The notes below the pieces were generated by a model. It made no database searches and was not told the DNA's origin. It saw only the letters and a program-made list of their open reading frames with translations. 30,265 nt of DNA from a virus (Duplodnaviria > Caudoviricetes), in IMG/VR virus record IMGVR_UViG_3300037631_000496, positions 1 to 30,265 of that record, one strand, 5' to 3'. Shown in pieces: positions 23,903 through 30,265 of the stretch (position 1 is its first letter; each line of letters begins with the position of its first letter). The position numbers and the translations under genes are program-made.

Positions 23903-25000
23903 TTATTCTACCGCCTCATTAGTATCAGAATAAATCCAACCATCTCCTGTTGCATTTACCTCTATTTTTCTGCCTTTTAGATAGGCTGTTTGTGTTGTTT
24001 GCGTGATTGTTCCTTCAGGCTCTTCCATTCCCAGTTCTTTATAGATTGGTGTTTTTCTATCTTGAATGGATTTCAATAAGTTATTCAATTGTTTTTTTAC
24101 ACCCTCTGTGCCACCTTTTACAAAAAACTGTTTAAAGCTCAATGGATCACCAAGCATGCTTTGTAATAAATCTAAATCAGGTCCGGCAAGAACACCTAAC
24201 TCTTCTAGGTTTTTAAGTTCTAATAATACTGCTGTGTACTGACTTTCTATATCAGCCCTATCTTCACCAACAGTAAGAGGACCTGGATCTAGTTCATCTA
24301 ATTTTTTTTGGAAAGCTAATATTTTTCTTTCTGAATTATTTACTGTGTCAATTTGTGTTTCTAAGGTTTTTCTTCTTTCTGGAGATACCTTAACAATTTC
24401 TTCTACTTTAGGTTCTTCTGTAACAATTGGTTCTTCGTCAACCGTAGCAACACCAGTTGGAGGTAAATAATCTTCTTTAGAAATCATCCCTGGTATTTTT
24501 CTTGTTACTTGTTGTCCGACTTCATTTATATATGTTTCTGTCTTAGGTTGCGATAAATAATCATACGCAGTTTTGTACATTGGAGACTGTCTTACAGATG
24601 GATTTCGTTGTCCCTGTAAAAGAATATTATAAAATTGGTTAGCAATGCCTTGTCCCTCAAATAATGCACCATCGTCTTTGCTTAACATTTTAGCTGGTAT
24701 CCCAGCTTCTAATGCTCTAAGAGTTTGTGCATACTGTGGGTTTTTAGCTAAAAAATCTTCACGAAGCTTTCTTTTTCTTGCAGCTTCTTCTTGTTGCTGT
24801 GCCAAAGCAAGTCTTTGTGGATCACCAGATAATATGGCAGCAGATTTACCAAAGCTTCTTTGTAAAGCTTCTAATCCAATATTTCTTCTTCTAGCTGCCT
24901 CTTGTGCTGATACTTGTTGCCTAGGATCATAACCACCTACTTGCACAAGTCCTCTGCCTAGCCTTTGACCTAAACCTTTAAAAGCATCTCCTATAGCCAT
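23903..25000 (-). CDS. Putative internal virion/DNA ejection protein
   Basis: Position in the podovirus ejection cluster; helical composition. Confidence 0.5.
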   Translation of the reverse strand: MAIGDAFKGLGQRLGRGLVQVGGYDPRQQVSAQEAARRRNIGLEALQRSFGKSAAILSGDPQRLALAQQQEEAARKRKLREDFLAKNPQYAQTLRALEAGIPAKMLSKDDGALFEGQGIANQFYNILLQGQRNPSVRQSPMYKTAYDYLSQPKTETYINEVGQQVTRKIPGMISKEDYLPPTGVATVDEEPIVTEEPKVEEIVKVSPERRKTLETQIDTVNNSERKILAFQKKLDELDPGPLTVGEDRADIESQYTAVLLELKNLEELGVLAGPDLDLLQSMLGDPLSFKQFFVKGGTEGVKKQLNNLLKSIQDRKTPIYKELGMEEPEGTITQTTQTAYLKGRKIEVNATGDGWIYSDTNEAVE

Positions 25001-25004
25001 ATCT

Positions 25005-26030
25005 TTATCCTAATCCTGGTAAACCGCCTGTGCCTGGTAAAGTAGACGGCATATTTATTTGTGGTACTTGAGCTGGTGTTTGTGTTGGTGGATTAAATAA
25101 ATTACTTAAAGTTTGGTAAGTGCCTATACCTGTTTGTAATTTATCAAACATACCAGGGTTATAGCCTGTTGTAGTTGATGTTGTTCCTGGTATTCCAAAT
25201 ACAGCTTGTGACAATAAACCAAGTTGCTGTGATGGATATGCCAATGCTCTTTGGAATTCGCCTCTTTGCGCTTCGATACCTCTTTGTTGTAGTTGTTGCT
25301 GTTGCGCACCCGCTTGCCCTAGCAACCCTAATCCTTGTAACTGACCAGCTTGTAAACCACCTAGCAAGCCTGCTTGTTGTTGCCTTGCTTGTAATTCAAA
25401 CTGTGGCGCAAACATTTGCATTTGTTGTTGTCTTGCCACATCACGCTCCGCCGCCGCTTGCGCCTGCTGAAAACCAGACTGCCTTAAACCAGCAGCTGTT
25501 CTAGCCATTTGCTCTGCGTAAGGTCGTTGCGACTCAGACTCTAACAATGCTGATCTTGAACCACCAAATGCGCCTGCTCTGATCGCACGCTCCTGCGCAC
25601 CGCCTCGCGCTATATCAGCTTGCTTTTGTATATCCTGCATTGCAAGATCTATAACTTGTTGCTGATAAGGTGATTGATATGCGCTAATGTCTTGACCAAG
25701 TAAAGATGCAGCTTGACCAGTCACAGGTCTAGCTTCTTGTGCTAATCCTTGTAAAGCTTTTGTTGGGTCGTAACCCATACCTGTTTCAAATAGTCCTCTA
25801 GTCGCCTGAAACTGTCGTAGTTGATCTGGGTTAAAACCTGCAACCATTGGGCCTGTATAAGGTATAAACGGCTGTTGTGCGATGCCTTTAGCTCTTTGGT
25901 AGATATCTTCATATCTAGCTTGTGTTTGTGGATCTGTTTGTTGCGTGACTGTTTGTGAGCCACCGCCACCTTGAGTCGCGCCGTAAACTGCTGCTCCAGT
26001 TGTAATGTATGGTAATGCTGCTTGTGGCAT
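25005..26030 (-). CDS. Gln/Gly/Ala-rich pilot/DNA ejection protein
   Basis: GGGGSQTVTQQT start, AGAFGGSR motif, Q/A/G-rich; AGGAG RBS. Confidence 0.65.
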   Translation of the reverse strand: MPQAALPYITTGAAVYGATQGGGGSQTVTQQTDPQTQARYEDIYQRAKGIAQQPFIPYTGPMVAGFNPDQLRQFQATRGLFETGMGYDPTKALQGLAQEARPVTGQAASLLGQDISAYQSPYQQQVIDLAMQDIQKQADIARGGAQERAIRAGAFGGSRSALLESESQRPYAEQMARTAAGLRQSGFQQAQAAAERDVARQQQMQMFAPQFELQARQQQAGLLGGLQAGQLQGLGLLGQAGAQQQQLQQRGIEAQRGEFQRALAYPSQQLGLLSQAVFGIPGTTSTTTGYNPGMFDKLQTGIGTYQTLSNLFNPPTQTPAQVPQINMPSTLPGTGGLPGLG

Positions 26031-26038
26031 GTTTTCTC

Positions 26039-26446
26039 CTATAAATCTTTACTCAACAACACTTCTTGTTTTATGCCTAAGTGTTTTGCTTTTCTAATCC
26101 ATCCTTTTCTGCCACCACCATATAATCTTTTGATGCCAGCTTCTCTTGCAAATGTTTCTACGTGTTTAAACATTTCTTCAAATTCTTCAAAATTTCCTGC
26201 AAAAACTAAAATGTTCATTGCTTTCATTTGTGGAAATAACGCTAATTCTGTCACCATAGCTGATTTTTTACCTGGCCATAGTAGTGCTATTCCATTTCTT
26301 ATTTTATCTTCTATGTCGTCAATTGTATAGGTATCTTGATATTTCATAGCTTTTACGAGCAAGGGTTTGCACCTATCCCATTCAACTTCCCAAGGTTCTT
26401 TTTTGACCTCTTGTATATCAACTACTTTATTAGTCGCCTTTACCAT
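26039..26446 (-). CDS. GNAT-fold-like virion assembly protein
   Basis: FAREAGIKRLYGGGRKGW pattern; located between tail and ejection genes. Confidence 0.5.
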   Translation of the reverse strand: MVKATNKVVDIQEVKKEPWEVEWDRCKPLLVKAMKYQDTYTIDDIEDKIRNGIALLWPGKKSAMVTELALFPQMKAMNILVFAGNFEEFEEMFKHVETFAREAGIKRLYGGGRKGWIRKAKHLGIKQEVLLSKDL

Positions 26447-26801
26447 ATTCTATAATGCTTAAAACTACATGTATGTTTGCATGGTTTACTTGCGCTTTTA
26501 TTACTTCGCCTTGCTGAATAATAATACCTTCGTTAGTTTGTAACTCTTCAGTAGCATGTGCGCTTATGTTGTGTTGTTTATAAATAAAAAACTCATTAGA
26601 ACTTGTATCGGTAATAGATACGTCTATATTGGTTTGCTGATTACCATGATCGCAAGCAATAAATCCTTTAACAATAGCAAAAGTAAAATCATCACCAGTT
26701 GGTGCTGTGTAAATAGTTTGCTGTGTAGTAGCAGTAAAAGCATATTTAACATTAATTGCTCTTTGTATGTATTGCTCTTTTGCCGCTAAGGTTAATGACA
26801 T
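26430..26801 (-). CDS. Beta-rich structural hypothetical protein
   Basis: TIYTAP...IVK.F..C.. pattern; TAATG-coupled to the tail gene. Confidence 0.6.
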   Translation of the reverse strand: MSLTLAAKEQYIQRAINVKYAFTATTQQTIYTAPTGDDFTFAIVKGFIACDHGNQQTNIDVSITDTSSNEFFIYKQHNISAHATEELQTNEGIIIQQGEVIKAQVNHANIHVVLSIIEYGKGD

Positions 26802-28312
26802 TATCTTCTACCTCTTTGTCTTAGGTTTAATCTTATGTTACCAACTTGGAAATCCTGTGTGGTTGTACCTGTTACAGTCATTTGTACTTGTCTTGCTGTA
26901 AACCTTGCATCAGTATAACCATCGTTCTCAAAGGTAAATGAACCAAAGTCAGTCTCTGCGCCTAGCGGTGTAAACTTGCCTTTAAAGCTTATCGTTACAC
27001 CAGGTAATGTATTAGCTTCTTCGTCTGGAATAATCTGATTACATTGCACATAGTTATCGCCGTTGCCTAATTCTATTGGACCGCTAGTACAAAAAGGTAC
27101 ATCAGAGTCTAAGTTAGGTGAGTTAGATAATGAGGTTGATTCATGTTCGTAAATAAAACCAAGTGAATCACCTGCAATTGGATAGTCAAATGCACCTTGG
27201 TCAATCCAACAGCCTCTATCTAATGATCCAATAGACCAAGTGTTTTCTCTGTAGTTCCAAATAATATATTTGTTAGGTCTGTATTGGCTTGTGCCTACTG
27301 GGAATCCCCACCATATCTCGTTAAAGTTTGAGTTGTGTCCACCCCATGATGCGTTTCTACCTGGAACATTTAAGTTGTCATATACAAAGTCATGCACTTC
27401 ACATGGTATTTCTCTTACAACACCATCATAAACAAAGTAAGCATTCTCACCCATCCATGCTAAGAAGTTACCTGTTTGTACTACTGATCTTCTACTTACT
27501 GCTTTACAGTTAGAACCAGCTGCGGTAATACCATAGACAAAAGGTGAGCCAACATAGCTCATTCTATCTATACCAGTATCACTAAATATGATGACATCGT
27601 TTTGATATTTAACACCTAGCAATGCCCTACCGCCTGTAGGTATTTGTAAGTCACCTGCTGTGTTTCTAGCTGTGGATGTCCAGTTGGTATTATCTTCTCT
27701 ATCACTCCATGCAACTTTCCTAGGATCTCCGCCTGCACCAATAGCAACTAAATGCCTTTCGTTAGTTACTAATATAGCTTGGTTATTAATAGGTGCATTG
27801 CTTACTACTGTGCCGATAGTATCAGGTGATCCACCTGCTGAGTCTGGTCGCCATTGATAGATTTTGCCGTCACCAGAAAAACAAAAGATTAGGTGTTCAC
27901 CCCAGTTGTCAAAGGAGAAATGACCTTGTTGTAATGGTAAACCTGATTGTGATCTAGCATCACCATAATCTTCTACACCCCAATGGTATGCACCATAACC
28001 TAATGGATCAGCTGTAACATCGTTTACAAATCCTGATGGTGTTATATCAGTCCAGGTGTTGTCGTAAAGCACATAGATCTTTTGTCTAGTACCAACTGCT
28101 AATACAGAGTTACCAGCATTATCTTTATAGGCGTACATGCCAATAGGCTCGCCATCTAATGCTGTAGCTCTTAGTTTAGACCAACCGCCTATAGGTTTAA
28201 GAAAACCATTTTCAAAACGAACTAAGTTGCCGTCAACCCAACGACCTTTATTAGCATAGTCAGTTCCATTTTTGACTATCCCAGCTGGCGGAGTTACAGG
28301 CAACAGGGCCAT
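26801..28312 (-). CDS. Tail nozzle/stabilisation protein (P22 gp10/tubular protein B-like beta-propeller)
   Basis: W.DGNLVRF...PIGGW, VAWSDRED..NW and Trp-rich propeller-like repeats; 503 aa. Confidence 0.7.
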   Translation of the reverse strand: MALLPVTPPAGIVKNGTDYANKGRWVDGNLVRFENGFLKPIGGWSKLRATALDGEPIGMYAYKDNAGNSVLAVGTRQKIYVLYDNTWTDITPSGFVNDVTADPLGYGAYHWGVEDYGDARSQSGLPLQQGHFSFDNWGEHLIFCFSGDGKIYQWRPDSAGGSPDTIGTVVSNAPINNQAILVTNERHLVAIGAGGDPRKVAWSDREDNTNWTSTARNTAGDLQIPTGGRALLGVKYQNDVIIFSDTGIDRMSYVGSPFVYGITAAGSNCKAVSRRSVVQTGNFLAWMGENAYFVYDGVVREIPCEVHDFVYDNLNVPGRNASWGGHNSNFNEIWWGFPVGTSQYRPNKYIIWNYRENTWSIGSLDRGCWIDQGAFDYPIAGDSLGFIYEHESTSLSNSPNLDSDVPFCTSGPIELGNGDNYVQCNQIIPDEEANTLPGVTISFKGKFTPLGAETDFGSFTFENDGYTDARFTARQVQMTVTGTTTQDFQVGNIRLNLRQRGRR

Positions 28313-28314
28313 GA

Positions 28315-28659
28315 TTAACCTATAGTCTTAGTAACGCTTGTTGGTGTGATGATTTCAGCTATCTTTGCATCTAATGCTGCTTTTTTAGCTGCAACATCAT
28401 CAGCTCCGAAAACTCCTTCAACCCAGCCTTGTACGTCAGAAGCTGTCAAATCTGCAAAAGCTGTAAAGCTTGAGAGGTCTGAAGTATCTAAACCACAAGT
28501 CCCGTATGAAGTAGCAGTAATGTTGTTGCCATCAGCATCCTGATTAGCATCATCTTCTGCTGTTAATCTCCAATGTACTGAATAAACCACATCAGTATTA
28601 CCATCTAGTGTTGGGTAAGTATCAACTGTTGAAACGTCCCAAGTATATCCAATTGCCAT
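28315..28659 (-). CDS. Tail-fibre-associated small acidic protein
   Basis: YTW....D.YP...VHWRL...FTAFADLT...V.GWV; AGGAG RBS; follows the fibre gene. Confidence 0.7.
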   Translation of the reverse strand: MAIGYTWDVSTVDTYPTLDGNTDVVYSVHWRLTAEDDANQDADGNNITATSYGTCGLDTSDLSSFTAFADLTASDVQGWVEGVFGADDVAAKKAALDAKIAEIITPTSVTKTIG

Positions 28660-28673
28660 ATTATTCTCCTTTG

Positions 28674-30265
28674 TTAAATTGCTGCAATAATAAATGCTAG
28701 AAGTTCGCTATAACGTACTCCTAGTCTTGTTTGTTCTACTCCGTCATCATCAGTCCAAGTGCTACTAATAAACATAGCATAGTCACCTGCATCTAATCCT
28801 TCAGCAGTAAAAGCATCTTGTAAGTCTTGAGCTATGATTCCAAAGTGGATTCTAGCATCATCACCTTTTAAAGCTACAGCAGACTGCCATCTGAACTTTC
28901 TAAGTAGTCCTTTAGCTGCAACAGCTACTCTAGTCTCTGCATCTGTTAGAGCTTCTATATCTTGTTTCTCGTTCCTGTCTGAAGTTTGTATAGTTCCATT
29001 GGTAGCGTAAATGTCTTTGAATCTTGTATCAGACTTACCTAAGTCTATAGCATTATCTCTACCTGCTATAGTTGATGTATTGATAGGATAAATTGCATCT
29101 TCAGATGCATTGAAGAAAACACCAGTATCACCTGTACCTATATATAGGTTACTGCTAGTTGTACCAATACTTCCAACTATTGCTCCTGACTTTCTTAATG
29201 CAATGATATCACCATCACTACCTGTTCTATTAAGGTCTAAAGGTGCAAAATTGTATCTTGCTGCATAAACATTTCCAGCATTTCCTAAAGCTATGCCATT
29301 GTCTGCTGATGTATTTGCACTATTATTAAAAGGAGAGCTATCAGTAGTTCCAACCAACAAATTACCTGAAGAGTCTATTCTCATGCGTTCTGTGCCAGTG
29401 CCATAAAATATATAATCTGTAGCATCAAAATCAACGCCAGTATAAGAAGATGTTGAGCGGTTATAATTTATTACTAAGTTCCTTGTACCTGAGTAACTTG
29501 GATTTATTTCTAAACCACCTGCTCCTGCATTTGAAACGCTAAGTTTTGATGAAGGACTATCGGTTCCAATTCCAACATTACCTGTTCCTGCACGTATAGT
29601 CATTGCAGTTTTGGTAGCGTTATTTGAGGCTTGACCAGTAGATGCACCAGAAACAAGAAAATCCATATCAGCTACATTACCAAAATAACTACTGTTATCA
29701 GGTCTGTCCGCAGAACGCATTTGTATACGACCTGTTATCCCTGTTCCTCCTCCAGTTGAGTCGTTTTGTTCAAAAATTAAACCACCAACTATTTGACCTT
29801 CTGTTAATGTTATATCTGTGTTTTCAATACGTATATATGGCTCTGTAGATGCCGATATGTGTAAAGGATTGTCAGGACTACTCGTTCCAATTCCAACATT
29901 ACCTGATGAGTCTATTCTCATGCGTTCTGCACCATTGGTTCTTAAAGTCATATAATCACTTGCATGATTGTATTGAATTTGACCACCATCGTTCTGACCT
30001 GCTGTAGAAGATTCTGTATCAGTAAATATTAGTCTACCATTTCCTGATGTTGAAGATTTAATAGTTATACCATCGTTACCAGTACCACCTACAACAAGAT
30101 TATCTGCTTGTCCCCAGTAACTTGATGGATTGGTTACACCAATTCCAACGTTTCCTGATGAGTCTATTCTCATGCGTTCTGTATTGTTAGTTCCAAATCT
30201 TAAATCATTATTTGTATACTGCCATACATCAAAAAGTGAAGTAGAGTTATCAAACTCAATCCAAG
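28674..30265 (-). CDS. Tail fibre with C-terminal peptidase S74 intramolecular chaperone (partial, open to right edge)
   Basis: Repeated ERMRIDSSGNVGIG modules; TSDRNEK cleavage motif, HFGIIAQ and VRYSELLAF. The frame stays open from 30173 to 30265. Confidence 0.9.
   Translation of the reverse strand, partial: WIEFDNSTSLFDVWQYTNNDLRFGTNNTERMRIDSSGNVGIGVTNPSSYWGQADNLVVGGTGNDGITIKSSTSGNGRLIFTDTESSTAGQNDGGQIQYNHASDYMTLRTNGAERMRIDSSGNVGIGTSSPDNPLHISASTEPYIRIENTDITLTEGQIVGGLIFEQNDSTGGGTGITGRIQMRSADRPDNSSYFGNVADMDFLVSGASTGQASNNATKTAMTIRAGTGNVGIGTDSPSSKLSVSNAGAGGLEINPSYSGTRNLVINYNRSTSSYTGVDFDATDYIFYGTGTERMRIDSSGNLLVGTTDSSPFNNSANTSADNGIALGNAGNVYAARYNFAPLDLNRTGSDGDIIALRKSGAIVGSIGTTSSNLYIGTGDTGVFFNASEDAIYPINTSTIAGRDNAIDLGKSDTRFKDIYATNGTIQTSDRNEKQDIEALTDAETRVAVAAKGLLRKFRWQSAVALKGDDARIHFGIIAQDLQDAFTAEGLDAGDYAMFISSTWTDDDGVEQTRLGVRYSELLAFIIAAI

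Noticed and set aside
28674-30265. Diversity-generating retroelement target or invertible shufflon
   Set aside because: No reverse transcriptase or invertase is in the window; the repeats are direct, short and show no adenine-specific variation.

Overview
The whole window is part of an AT-rich dsDNA tailed-phage genome with podovirus-like (P22/uvMED-style) gene content; a marine Gram-negative host is inferred. Almost all genes are on the minus strand. From right to left: a tail fibre with an S74 chaperone (open at the right edge), tail and ejection proteins, a PD-(D/E)XK nuclease, and a small divergent regulatory pair. Next is a recombination/replication module (Cas4-like nuclease, Sak4-like ATPase, SSB, TOPRIM primase-helicase, C5 methyltransferase, iteron origin, winged-helix protein), then a divergent cluster of tiny early-type genes, terS, terL and portal. 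After these come several basic/AT-hook micro-proteins and the most notable element: a tightly overlapped csgF-csgG-curlin-like-FecR-CHASE2 adenylate cyclase operon that resembles a complete trans-envelope signalling machine. It sits just upstream of the resolvase-holin-endolysin genes. The window ends in a >532-aa segmented coiled-coil repeat protein that the ORF track missed. No capsid, scaffold, integrase, RNA gene or CRISPR array was recognised. All family assignments are by motif recognition, not database search.
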